64,000 nucleotides of DNA from positions 727,790 through 791,789 of the forward strand of contig MNCI01002041.1 of NCBI GenBank assembly GCA_015680685.1, written 5' to 3'. This DNA is from Gnetum montanum. Taxonomy: Eukaryota; Plantae; Gnetophyta. The notes under the pieces were generated by a model. That model did not search any database, was not told the origin of the DNA, and saw only the letters and a list, made by a program, of their open reading frames with translations. Of the stretch, positions 1-12,359 are shown one piece after another (the stretch's first letter is position 1; each line of letters starts with the position of its first letter). The translations under genes and the position numbers were made by a program.

Positions 1-1783
1 GAACAACAACTGAGGGCCCCATATGATTAGCATAGGTGGCCATCTCCCCNNNNNNNNNNNNNNNNNNNNNNNNNNNNNNNNNNNNNNNNNNNNNNNNNNN
101 NNNNNNNNNNNNNNNNNNNNNNNNNNNNNNNNNNNNNNNNNNNNNNNNNNNNNNNNNNNNNNNNNNNNNNNNNNNNNNNNNNNNNNNNNNNNNNNNNNNN
201 NNNNNNNNNNNNNNNNNNNNNNNNNNNNNNNNNNNNNNNNNNNNNNNNNNNNNNNNNNNNNNNNNNNNNNNNNNNNNNNNNNNNNNNNNNNNNNNNNNNN
301 NNNNNNNNNNNNNNNNNNNNNNNNNNNNNNNNNNNNNNNNNNNNNNNNCTTCAATCACCAGGAAGTCATCTGGGTAGGACCAACCACACACAGTGATAAT
401 GATGTCCTCCACCAATCCCAAGGGAATGGTGATGGACTAGTCTGCCAGCTCTAATTGGATGTTGCTCTTCTTAAGTTGGGGTAGGTTCTAGGCTTGATAC
501 ATCTCTCATAAAATTAAGTTGAGTCCAGAACCTAAGTCAAGAAGAACCCTATGTGGTGCATTTTCGATGATTTGTAAATAGATTAAGGGACTCCCAGGAT
601 CAATTAGTTTCCTGGGAAGGTGGCCTACCTTAATCCAGTCGGTTATGGTATGTGTTAACATAACCGTATGCGTTAAGCTCTGATTTTGGACGGAAGGGTA
701 CTCCGAAGTGTTAGATGGTGGAGGAGTGTACATGGGCTCAACCGCTTGTTGTTGTGAGAGTTTGTCTGGGCTTTTGGTTCTGAAGAAGGGTCTTCTCTTT
801 TTACAGTTGTTAGAACTAGCAGTAGGTTGAATATTTACAGCTCTCGCAGCATGACGTTACTACGGTTAAGGAGTTACTGCCTCCATTATGTCAAGCATAC
901 TTCGGGTTGCAAGTAGGGGCTCATCATGATCATCTCTTTCATGATGCCTGTGATGTCTTCGTTGTTCCCTACTTACCCTTCGTTCATGCCCTTGTCCTCT
1001 CTCTCGACTCTCTCGTCAACGTCTCTCATTTTTCTTACTTCTATCCTCTCCGTTGTGCTCATGATGGTTGCACCCAAATGTGGAAGGAGAGGGTGAGTGA
1101 TGTGAAGAAGGGGAAGAAGGAGGGGAACCATCACCATGACGATGTTTCTTGCCTTCTCTTCAGCTGCTATGGCCCCGATCGCGGTGACGATCTAAGTGCC
1201 CATCCTTGTCATGTGTTGTTCCTTCTGTGAACAGTTGGTGTTCACGGGCATCAGAACCAGGGATATGTATCATTGATCATAGGTTCTGATACCCTACCTC
1301 GTCACTTTCATTAAGAGGGGGAACATCTCTTGATAGCGAACCAGTTATAAATGGTTCACCATCTCTAATTTCACTAAGGATGTGCAGGACCTCTTTTCCC
1401 TTCAACAGTGTATGTTGGCTCTCCTACCTTGAGTTCCTCATATGTTGTGCTTCTGTGGGATAATAATCCCTTGAGTCAAAATCTTCCACAATGTATTCAG
1501 CATATAATTCTGTCATGCCAGTTTGTGCCAAGGCACGAAAAAGCATGTTAGAGACTGATCGATTTGGGGCTAACATGATGTTACCTTGCAAATCTCTCCA
1601 TCGCAGTTGTTCATCTTGATGAAGGATAAAGGTAAAGTTTGGAATATACTCATCAGGATGAGTACAAACTATCTTGTATTGTTTATGACTTGGTTGATTT
1701 TGGCTATGTGTTTTATGCTGCCGACTGTCTCATGTATGGTCCTTAGGTGGTGATTTGCTCTTGTGAGAAGAAGAAGAAGACAT
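1..1783 (-). pseudogene. Decayed gag-protease of A1 with the gag core deleted
   Basis: Starts ATGTCTTCTTCT like E gag (61154); sequence jumps near 870 from the equivalent of ~62090 to ~63450; D-S/L-G protease motif; several stops; N gap 50-348. Confidence 0.8.
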
Positions 1784-1909
1784 TGTTATCGGTGTGCTAA
1801 CTTTACCGTTATATAAATTCTTGTTTAATTAATTAACCTGAAGGTTCGTTTAGGCTCCCAACAATGTGAGTGATATCCTTTATGTTCTATTCAACACACA
1901 AACACTTAG

Positions 1910-1927
1910 TCCCTGGCAACGGTGCCA
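1910..1927 (-). promoter_or_regulatory. Primer-binding site, tRNA-Asp
   Basis: Reverse complement TGGCACCGTTGCCAGGGA next to the LTR end, against the Athila consensus TGGCGCCGTTGCCGGGGA. Confidence 0.85.
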
Positions 1928-1928
1928 A

Positions 1929-2804
1929 TGATGAGTGGCGAGGTATCCCTACACTCAACCATACGAAACGAGTGTAGCACGCGTGATCCGATCGAACTTC
2001 GCAGACTAAGTGCCTACATGCCCCATGGAACACTTGGGGTTAATCATTCATTTTCTTCCCATACTTACTTGTAGTTGTCACGGTGTATGGTTAAGTAAGT
2101 CTGAGGTATATGATTTTTATATCTTTTTATGTTTTATGTCTCCTATGCTAACAAGGTGACGGGTTGAGAAACTAAGTACTAATTCTAACTAATGACTAAG
2201 TCTAAATTAACCTAGCGTCAGCATTCGTTCCCACTTACCGTACACACCCTGAACCGATGCAACTGCAACTACCAAACGCTAATCATTGCTAGGATCACCG
2301 TGCGTAACGCATGTGCTCGAAGTGATTGTACTGAGGCACTTAACTAGGAGGAAAGGGTTGAGAAAGCTAATCTAGCCTAAGTGCGATGAGCAGCCAATTC
2401 CTTGACTAACCGTACACATCCTTAGATGCTCGTAATCAAATCATACTCATACTGCATTCTAGGAGTTTAAGGGTGAGAGAGAAAATAATAAATAAAATCC
2501 TATTCCATGCACTGCAAGGTTTATCCAGGAAGTTTGTCTTTATTTCCATACACAACTTGTGTTCAGGTACAATGTTTCTCGAATAAAGATCCATTCACTT
2601 TAGGACTCCTACTGCGGGCACATGGAAAATATTCTATCTCTGGAGTGATCAAACTGCCAGAGTTTCCCTACTTCTAATTCAAGATGGGGAAACAAGGGAG
2701 AATCGCCTCTTATTTATAGATATGGCAGCGGACCACGATATCGCGTACGCGATATCGCAGGGGACGACGTGATATCATGGCTCATGCGATATTGTGTCTC
2801 ATCA
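1929..2804 (-). repeat. 5' LTR of A1 (~876 bp)
   Basis: TG...CA termini with a 7-bp inverted repeat; TATA (ctataaataa) near 2710-2720; CGATATCG palindromes 2735-2800; homologous to the LTRs at 46486, 52942 and 60214. Confidence 0.9.
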
Positions 2805-4352
2805 ATTTCTAAATTCCCTTGCAAGCCTTCCCTCATCTTTATCATCAAGCTTGTTTGAAGAAGTATTGAACATCACTATAGCCCTTGGAGTTCTTATTTG
2901 AGGAATAAGATTCCCTCCCATTGGAATCTTTGGCTAATGGTCTCCTACACTTCCATGGCTAGATTAACCTTCCTCTTCATCCACTCCATCTCCACCTAGC
3001 TATGAAACTTCTTCATCTGAACATACATGCTCTTTACCTCCATGGCTCTAGATATGGCTAAGATTGACATTTCTATCTAACTTCACACTAATTTCATCCA
3101 ATCGAGCAACAATCATCTAGAAGGTGGGCTTCATGTTCTCTATGTCCTGATTCAAAGCTTGCACCTATTTCTTCTTAGGTGCCATTTGAAATTAACAAAA
3201 TCCTCAACCAAAATCCAAGCAATAATAAAACTAGGCTCTGATACTACTAACACTGGAGTAGGTTCAATCCACAATTAAGCCACCTTCAATGCACTAAATC
3301 TAGATATTATGAAAAGATAAAATTACTTGCTAGAAAACAAGAAAACTAGCTATCTTCAATTAATTTATTAGAAGATTACAACAAGGTTCACAAAACCCAC
3401 AAGCATCCAAAACCTATCACACTCAACTGATATTTCAAAGCATGAGGCTCTACAGCCATACAATGGTTATTCTCAATGCAAGACACAACTATTAGAAATC
3501 TCTCTTTCAACCTAGGACTAAGATCTCACCTTAAAAGTGAGATAAAAGAGAATAGAACACATAAACCAGCACACCACAAGCTGATCTTGGAGCTACAATC
3601 ACTAATTTCACTCACCCAATGTGCTCACCCACTCTCTCTTGCTTAGCTCCCCACTCTCAAAAGTATTTCTCTCACTCATCCTCTATCAATAATGATGAAT
3701 ACATCAATACTTATGTAAAACTGAAAGATAAGAACTCTAGACACCTTTCCTCAACTCATCTTGAGTTTTTCCAAATGTTTCACAAGTCTTCTCACCTTCT
3801 TCCCTCATGTTTCCATATTTTTCCATCATGTTCTAGCTGTTTCCTAAATTGGGATTGATGTTTTCAAAAGTTTTTTCCTCTATCTAGGTCATCTCTAACT
3901 TTGCTAGGTTGTCTCCTATGGAAACCTAGCTTTTGGTTGGGATGTCTACTATTTTTCTAGAACATCCCATCTAGTCTTAGGATGTTCCAAATTTTGTTAG
4001 GACATCCCACCTAGGATGTCACCTACACATTTGGGACATCTCAACTAGGACATCCCAATTTCTAGTGGGATGTTACACCTACAAGGACCAAAAAAAAACA
4101 TGCTTGTTTTGATGTGTGGAACATTCTTGTGCCTCCAAACAAGTCTTCATAAATCTTGGAACCCCCTAGACTCATCAAAATGAATCTAAAACATCCCAAA
4201 ACATGTCAAAACATCTAAGAATTATCATCAACAAAATCAACATAAGAATAGAAAAAAATAGAACACACTCATCCAAGTCTTCTTCAAGTCTAAAATCTAC
4301 AAGAACAACTTGTAGGATAAAACACAAGGGAATAAAGAGAGATGTTCTTACA
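2805..4352 (-). mobile_element. tRNA-iMet-primed LTR retrotransposon fragment (5' LTR 3248-4352, PBS 3234-3246, gag start 3185-2805), interrupted by A1
   Basis: Reverse complement TAGTATCAGAGCC approximates the iMet PBS TGGTATCAGAGC; LTR begins TGTAAG at 4352; decayed ORF MAPKKK*VQALNQDIENMK... follows the PBS. Confidence 0.65.
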
Positions 4353-5970
4353 CCAACCTCAACCTTAGGAGTAGTATTATTAGTAGTGGAAAAATCCATA
4401 GCTATGAGTAATGTCATCACCAAGGTAGTACTTCCTTTATAGGAAACCAAATCCATATGGTTATTATGTCCAAATCCCTACCTCTCCTTCTGATGTAACT
4501 GTTGAAATCCATTCCTTCCACTACTACTATCCATAGGAATACCATAGGTCTTTCACTCCTAAAGCCAAATCATACTCCTATCTTTCATATGCACCTTCCA
4601 TGCATTCTTAATAATTACATACTTCACTTTCTCTAATCTCACCTCCATAAATGTAAGATGAGCTACCTTTACAACCATATTAGAAATACTATAACAGTTG
4701 TACATATGCAAGTGGATGATAATTCAAGTGGTTCCAAGAGTAAGCCATGGAAGTATCCTTTATTTCAACTTGTTAGTCCACCTAAGCCAATGTAATCATT
4801 AGTGGCTATGGATATCACATCAATGCCAACATCCTCCTATCCTTTAAAGGAGTTTTCTTTAAATTAAAAATTAATAATTATCACTAATTGAATTAGAGCA
4901 AGTAGCATTCTCAAGAAAAGAATATATCCATAAAGCCCCTTAATCTATTTATAAATTTTTGAAAATGCACCATGTAAAGATGTATTAAACTCAAGTTTTA
5001 GATAAACTTGATCTCCCTAGAGATGTACATATCTTAGAACTTGTCGTCGCTTGAAAAGTGCAACATCATGTTGGAGCTTGCAAATCAATTCATCATTATT
5101 CTATTAAGATAGATAGAGAACATTGTGACTACCATTAGTAATTATTCCTACCTAGTAGATCTTTCGGTAATCTAGGTGAACAATTGCAAGGGGAAGTTTT
5201 CCATTATTATGAGAAGGACTTGGCTAAGCACAATTGATGCCAAGCTTAGAATCAAAGATCTTTACTTGTAAATTTCCAATGAAAATAAGCATGAAGTTAT
5301 TAAGAAGTTCCATGCATCATGTAAAGTAATACAAGGTGCAACTACATGAGCAAAATGTGGATAGTCAAATAGAGAAACATCACAACATGTAGTTCATATG
5401 AAAAAATGGTGTGTATTAAAAGTAACCACTAAGCAAGAAGGCATCTAGTGGCTAATAACAAATGAGAGTTATAAGTCTACAATATGTATGGAAAAATAGG
5501 AGGCCCTCACAAATACTTATATTGATAAAATAGATGAGGTGGAACACCTTAGGTAGTAATTTTCCCAAGTAGTAAAAAAATAAGAAGGGGTCATCGATTG
5601 GAAAAATTCAAAAATCCCAAAGAAAGTAGCATCAAAACCCATAGAACTTAAAACATTATTGAAATCCTTTGACTACAATTACTTAGAAATTGAAAACCCA
5701 GTGATTGTAAATGTCCAAATCACATAGGCATAAAAATAAATGTTACTTGAGGTAGTTAATAATTGGCTAACAATATTTACCTAGTTATATGATGAAATAA
5801 TAGGGATAGGGTCATGTGTATGCTAGCATAGAATTTACAAATGTCTAGCCATCAAGCCCAAATGACAATCATAACGCAAGTTAAATTTCAAATTGAAGCT
5901 AGTAAAAAAAAAGAAATTAAAAAACTTCCAAAATAGGGGTTCATATATCTTATGGTAGATAGTGAGTCAA
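4353..5970 (+). pseudogene. Fragment F: old Athila-like gag C-terminus, protease and RT start
   Basis: Translates to APCKDVLNS..NLISLEMY..ELANQ (protease) and GFIYLMVDSE (RT start); homologous to the reverse complement of 40401-41960 and to 63150-64000. Confidence 0.75.
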
Positions 5971-7243
5971 TGATAAGTAGTAAAGTAGTCCCTACACTCA
6001 AACATACAACTCGCAAGTGTTCATAAGCAACCTAGTTAAATTTTGTAGACTAGTCTAGTTTGGGTGTCTAGATAATTAGGCAATGGATCACTTGTTATTT
6101 TTCTAGTGACATTTCTGTGGCCTAATACATATGGTTAAGTATGGCAGAGGCATATGATGTTAATGTTGAGGCAATCATATCCAAATACTATTAAAATCAT
6201 TAAAATATTAAAATATAACAAATTCATCTAACTAATTTAATATGTAATTAAGTAAATATTATATTAGTCTAAGGAAATAAGTGTCTAATCCTAGTGTGTC
6301 ATACACACCTAAACTCATGTACTCACTACTAGGATTACCCAGCATTATGCTACTGGAAAAACTAATTGATAGCACTATTAGGATTACTAAGTGAATACAT
6401 GTCTTTACTCAAAACTAGTCACCCTCATTCAACCAAATCATTAACATACATGGGAAAGTAAATATTATGCTAAGTATATTAAGAAATTAAATTAGAATTA
6501 AGAAAATTATTAAACTATGCTAAGTGTTGTAATGAAGGTAAATATATCTCAATCTTATTACCATAATGAAAACTAAGTGACAAAACTGCTCAAATTACTA
6601 ATTGAATACATGTCTTCACTTGAAACTAGTTGCATTTGTTCTACCGAATCATTAACATACATGGGAAAGTAAATAGTATGTTAAGTGTATTAAGAAATTA
6701 AATTAGTATTAAGAAAATTATTAAACTATGCTAAGTGTTGTAATGAAGGTAAATAGATATCAATCTTTTTACCATAATGAAAACTAAGTGATAGAACTAT
6801 TAGGATTACTAGGTAAATACATGTCTTTGCTTGAAACTAGTTGCACTCATTCTACCAAATCATTAACACACATGGGAAAGTAAATATTATGCTAAGTGTA
6901 TTAAGAAATTAAATTGGAATTAAGAAAATCATTAAACTATGCTAAGTATTGTAATGAAGGTAAATAGATATCAATATTATTACTATAATACAAATATGTT
7001 TAGGTACATAATCATTTGAATAAGATTCTTAAAAATCCACTTAAGTTATGCTATGGGCACTTGGTAAAAAATACTAACTTTCATAAAAATTAATTGCAAG
7101 AGCTTCATTATGTTATAACCCAAATGGTGAATTTAATATGATAAGTGGTAAGGATTTATAGATTTTACTACCTTTGAATACATTGTATCTACAATGCCAT
7201 ATAATATCCTACAACATCATAGCCTACAAAAAATGCTTCATCA
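5971..7243 (-). repeat. 3' LTR of H, lengthened by an internal tandem amplification
   Basis: TGATAAGTAG..CCCTACACTCA end matches the family LTR end; other end CTTCATCA abuts TACCCC (PPT; compare 39560-39590). Confidence 0.8.
6352..6985. repeat. Tandem repeat, 3 x 211 bp
   Basis: AATACATGTCTT recurs at 6394, 6605 and 6816; units highly similar. Confidence 0.95.
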
Positions 7244-7559
7244 TACCCCTACTAAAAACTCATCCTTGAACAAAATTAGCACATAGTTTGCTACAAAATT
7301 ATGGAAGTGACTCAACTGACTAACTAACTAACTAGTTGATTGACTTGAGTATCACATTACATTCGAGTAGTTTATAAAAATGTTAAAAAGGTTAAACACA
7401 TATTGAAAATACTATGAAAGTTTTCAAGTCTTCAAAGTCTCTAACAACATATCTTTATGTTATTCTAGGTGTTGGTGACTCGTCTTATTGTAGTGGCTCC
7501 TAAAATGAATTAGTAGTTTGATCCTCCATGAAAAAATAGTTGAGAATCACTTGGTACTT

Positions 7560-7948
7560 CTTTATGTCTATCTATGGATCATTAATAGTCTAAGACAGGT
7601 TAACAGTTATTAGGACCTTCCATGGACATGGTAGATTTGGAAAGATTTTGTTCATTTAAATAAACCATGTGACAAATAAATTTCATTCAACATCTAACAC
7701 TTTTACTTTTAAAAAAAATTCTTGGTATTCTACAATTCTTTTGGCTAAGTTATCTATGACATCATATCATCTAGTGTATTAATCTTGAAGAACTCCTAAC
7801 TTTACCTTTGTTATTTAAAATTTTTCTTCATTTTTTCATACAACTTATTCTCATGATTGAACAAGACAAAAGTAGCTACAGCTTGCTTCTTCACTTCATG
7901 TTTGGAATGGTCAACTATCAACATGATAAGATTTACATATTTAAAATT
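7560..7948 (-). pseudogene. C-terminal part of the H accessory (env-position) ORF
   Basis: NFKYVNLIMLIV...FVTWFI*MNKIFPNLPCPWKV matches D ORF NL*YANLAMLIV...FATWYIKANQMFP*LPCPWEV. Confidence 0.8.
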
Positions 7949-8546
7949 TCTTATACCTACTTTGGCTTTTTCTGCATAAGTCAGAGACCTAGGTACAGTC
8001 CATGGCTTTTCAACATTTAATACCATCTTCAATAGTCCTAATTCAAAATCCTATATTATATGTAGCATATTTTTTACATTTCTATCTCCATCTTACTAGA
8101 TATGATATTTCATGTTATCAGTAGCATCATTTCAACTCTTATTCTAGTTTTGACATCTAACATTAGATCAAAGATGGACTTTGTCTCCAATTTTTGACAT
8201 CTAGCATCAAATCTACTTTTGACATCTAACATTAGATCTCATCATTTTAAGCATGTTGGCTCATCATTGTCTAGCATCAATTCTACATTCAATGTACAAC
8301 ATTAGCTTTTTTTCTACACATTGATTTTCCTATTCATAAGCTTCTAAAATGTTTTGGAAGATTTTTTGGACCCCAATTCATCATTTGTACAAGATCTATG
8401 AGGAATTTTCAACCTATAAATAGAAGGATATCCTAAATAAAAAGGGATTTTTTGGCATCTATTACCATATGCCAATTTTTTCTTTATCGAGTTCTTGTGA
8501 TTTGCGATTTGGAAATCTCTCTCCAAAGACACTACCTTTCTATAGA

Positions 8547-8602
<56 letters not shown>

Positions 8603-8603
8603 N

Positions 8604-8651
<48 letters not shown>

Positions 8652-9339
8652 TTTCCTGTTGATGCATTGTATCCCCTACATGTTATCCTCCTAACATATG
8701 AAGAGAATCATTTAGAATCATATCAACGCACTGATCTGATCCTTCCCTTTGCTTCATTAGCTATTGGATCTACTATTATTCCAGATAGATCTACATTAGG
8801 AGTACAAATTGGAGAAAGAATGAGATAACATAGTTCCTTGTTAGACATCTTTGATCCCTAGTACATGTCCCAAAACATCTTTTTGCATGTTCATAATTTC
8901 TTTATTTTTTGTGCTAGAATGTGGGTTTTTCCCTTTAGGCTTTCTATCTCTTACATGATCTAGATTTGCTATAAATCTATTTTCTATTTTCCTACATTTT
9001 CCCTTTTGGTTTAACGATTTAATGAATTAGATTCATCTTGCCTTGCATCTTGCTATCAATTGTTCTCATCTGCCTACCTTTTGCTATGTTTTTCTTTATA
9101 TAGATCCACATACTATCTCTATCCATTTCTTATTCAACTATTCCACACATGTGTTTCCTCTTTTGTTTTTAATTTTTTAACGTTTGACAAAAACATTTAA
9201 CTCATATAATCATATTTTTCTCATTATTTGTAAGTCTCATTTCGATTTGAGGAAAATTATTTGAAAGATTCATTTTCTTGGACCATTAGGTGACCATGAG
9301 ATTGGTTTTGTTTCAAGTGTTAACCTATTTTCAAAGACA
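7949..9339 (+). repeat. 5' LTR of B (3' boundary approximate)
   Basis: Direct repeat of 21844-23254; TATA at ~8415; followed by TGATACACTCA, possibly a decayed tRNA-Arg PBS. Confidence 0.8.
8554..8649. repeat. (CT)n microsatellite in the B 5' LTR
   Basis: ~48 CT units with one N. Confidence 0.95.
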
Positions 9340-9394
9340 AAATGATACACTCATAACAATCCTATGAAGTCATAGCATTTCCATAGTCATTGCT

Positions 9395-11450
9395 ATGACA
9401 TCATCATCTACTTCAAGCTTCTCCAAAATCCAAAAACTAATAGAGCTAAGAAGAATTCAAAGGTTCTCAAGCAGATTGAGTGTGAAAAATTGCAATATAA
9501 CTTGCGTAAAATGGGAGCTAGGGTACATTCTAGCACTTGACATTTTCAAGCTTATGACAAAGTATAAGAGTGCTAACAAGAAATTACCTTTTCTTTCTAA
9601 TCCAAATAGTCCAATTAAACTAGATGATGAGGAAGCTAAGGAGATAGTAAAATTCATTATGGAGTAAGGAAATATGCAAGAACATGTTCACCTAAAAATC
9701 AAAAAAGCTAGGATGAAGAGTATCTTGGATCAACTTCTTAGTCCACACATCACTCTTAGAACAAGGAGAGGAAGCATTGCCTCCAAGTCAAACATCCATT
9801 GGTAGATAAAGATGAAGAGCAACTAGTAGGAAATCTTGACAAAACCAACCCTTACTCCCACCACATCCATAACATCAACATCTTAGCTACTCGTAGGATT
9901 ACACCTAAATCTATTCCACTCACTATTGAACCATTCAACCTTCCTATTATCACTGCTTTTCCCTATCAACTATTACCACCTAACAATGTTAGTAACCTCC
10001 ATTCTATATTCCAATTCTCTATTTCATCTTTTGGAACAACTCATCCTATCCCTTAACATTAACCTACTATACCTCCATTTTAGCCTTTTCCACTTTTTGC
10101 TCCTACTTCAAAGTCATTCATTATTCCATAAGTTACCAACGTATTCTCCTTTCCTATATACCCATCTAATCCAATCTTCTTGGGTATACATTGCTCCAAC
10201 GTCCTTTGGATCCACTCCTCATGTACGTCCCCCATTAATGTCTTCACCCATTACTATGATCCCATATATTATTAACTCCCCTAGAATAAATACATAGTTT
10301 CTTTCTTTACTCAATGACATGATGCTCCATATTCAAAATAATAAGGACAAAATGACAAAGCCACTAATCTTGCAAGAAAATTATCATATTTCCTTGAATA
10401 AGTTCTTAAGTGACCTCCATAAGCATTGTAATCCCTTTATTTATTTTTCCTAAGGTAGTTTCACTACCTACTTTCACTAAGTACAATGATAAAATGGAAG
10501 ATTCCATTAATCATGTGGTCACATTCAAAAATGAATACATGCTTCTAGCTCCTTAGCCATATATCATGCTAATATGTTTCTCAAACTATCTTTCTAGAAG
10601 AGGCTTGAAATGGGATAGGTCCCTAGAACATGGATCCATCACCTTTCTATAGCAACTTCTTGGAGCCTTAATTAAATGCTTCAAGTTCAATTTGCCTTAA
10701 AGTACTAGTGTGATATCTTTCATTAGCATCAAACAATCTCTAAATGAGATTATCAATAAATTCATTTCATTATGGACAAGAGCATCAATGAAACTACCTT
10801 TTTATTTGGAGGAATGTCATTTTCAAGACATCTTTGAAGTTACAATAATTAACTACAATAAAAAGAGGATGGCTTATCCTAAGCCTTATTCTCTGAATAA
10901 TGCTTTCCAAGCAACCAAACACATTAAAGAAGAAAGTATTCAATGCAATGACCATGAATTCGTATTAATTTGTAACAAAGCTAATAAGACTACCAAACAA
11001 GAGAAGGAAAAATCAACTTTTACAGGTGTTTCTTCTTTTTCTACAAAACAAAACAATACTCCCTCAACTTAAAGTTTCATTGATACATGTTGATGATGGT
11101 GCCAGATCGAACATAATCACATGGATTGTTATAAAGTATCTTGGTCTCCATGATCATGTAGCTTTCAATGAAACATACACTAACCTTATTTCATTTAACA
11201 AGACATGAGTAGAGGTTATAAGTTCCATTAGATTATCTTTTATGATAGAAAATATTGTACAATCTAAGGCTATTTTCATAATAATACATGAGTATCCTAG
11301 TGTTAACAGTATACTAGGACATCCCTAGCTAGCTTAACATCAAGTTATGTCTTCACTTATACCTTAGGAGATACACATCCCTATTCTCAACCATGAAATA
11401 GTTATCTTTGCAAACAAACAAATTCCAAGCATTTCTCTCCTAGACCGAGA
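9395..11450 (+). pseudogene. B gag and aspartic protease, decayed
   Basis: Retrotrans_gag-like remnants 10460-10920; IHVDDGARSNII (protease D-x-G motif) near 11080-11120; ILGHP (ILGRPW remnant) near 11310. Confidence 0.7.
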
Positions 11451-12359
11451 GCTCAATCTTATTAGCTTAGTGGAAAACTAGCTAATATTAAGTTTGAACT
11501 TGTAGGAAAGCCTATAGTCCCCTATTCTCCTAAGAATTATGATGTTAATTTGGATTTAATAGACTTGGAAAATGAGTCTACTTATGACATCAAGTTTGTT
11601 GATTTGGGCTTTAGAGAATTAAATACATCCTTACCTAGGAAAAAGAATCCTCCTTATTCTTCTTATTCACCTACTTGAAAATTCATTACAAACCCAATAA
11701 CTTTAGATGAATAATTTTTTCCCTACTTTTTATTTGCCACTAAGTGGTGAACATCTACTATCACCTGGTAGGATTTCTCTTTAACTATTTTTCTACTATT
11801 TGCTATCATCAAGCAATGATGGTTAGTGAACAAATGTGATGTTCCCTTTTTACTTAAAATTTTTCTCTTAATTACTTATTATTAGTGGTCAACGTTAATT
11901 TAATAAGAAATTGTTAGCTTTGACACATCACATTGATTCTAGCTCTATATTAGCAACGTCAAAATTAATGTAAAACCTAACTTCTTATTTTTCTCAAACT
12001 TGTACAATTGATGCACGTCATAAATTTTGATGTGATGTCTTATTTCAACATCAAGCACACTTAATGTTTTATAATTTTTTTGTGTTAGATATAAACAATG
12101 CAAAAATAATCCGAAAATAGAAAAAATAAAGCTTAACAACCTTATTCTTTTCCACTAGCTTTATCCTTTGCCTCTTCATTAATTTGTATTATAATTCACT
12201 CTTCTCCTAGTCTTTGGCTACTTTCTCTAGGGTATGCATATAAAATCAAGACAAACAAGTTACTTTTATTTTATTTTATCATTCAAATGAAATAAAATAA
12301 AATAATCATCTAAGGTTTTGATGCTTACCCTACATTTCTCTATAGATTTTCAAAATTCA

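Larger units (their letters stand above)
1..2804 (-). mobile_element. Athila-like Ty3/Gypsy element A1, 5' portion (5' LTR, PBS, deleted gag, protease), running off the left edge
   Basis: LTR 1929-2804 bounded by TGATGAG...CTCATCA; PBS at 1910-1927; protease motif VLLDLGSGLNLI (ORF 506-733); collinear with element E (60214-64000) in inverted orientation. Confidence 0.9.

Noticed and set aside
23-454. ORFs spanning N runs (also 47588-48001 and 50207-50688)
   Set aside because: Artefacts of assembly gaps
4826-4930. Apparent minus-strand PPT + LTR start and an 'ENATW' chromodomain remnant, suggesting a tandem three-LTR element
   Set aside because: The region aligns on the plus strand with Athila-like gag/protease (fragment F), so the match is coincidental
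6352-6985. CRISPR-like array (also considered for 57905-58280)
   Set aside because: Contiguous tandem units with no unique spacers, eukaryotic context, no cas genes
8344-8828. RE-repeat and SL-repeat ORFs
   Set aside because: Translations of the (CT)n microsatellite inside an LTR
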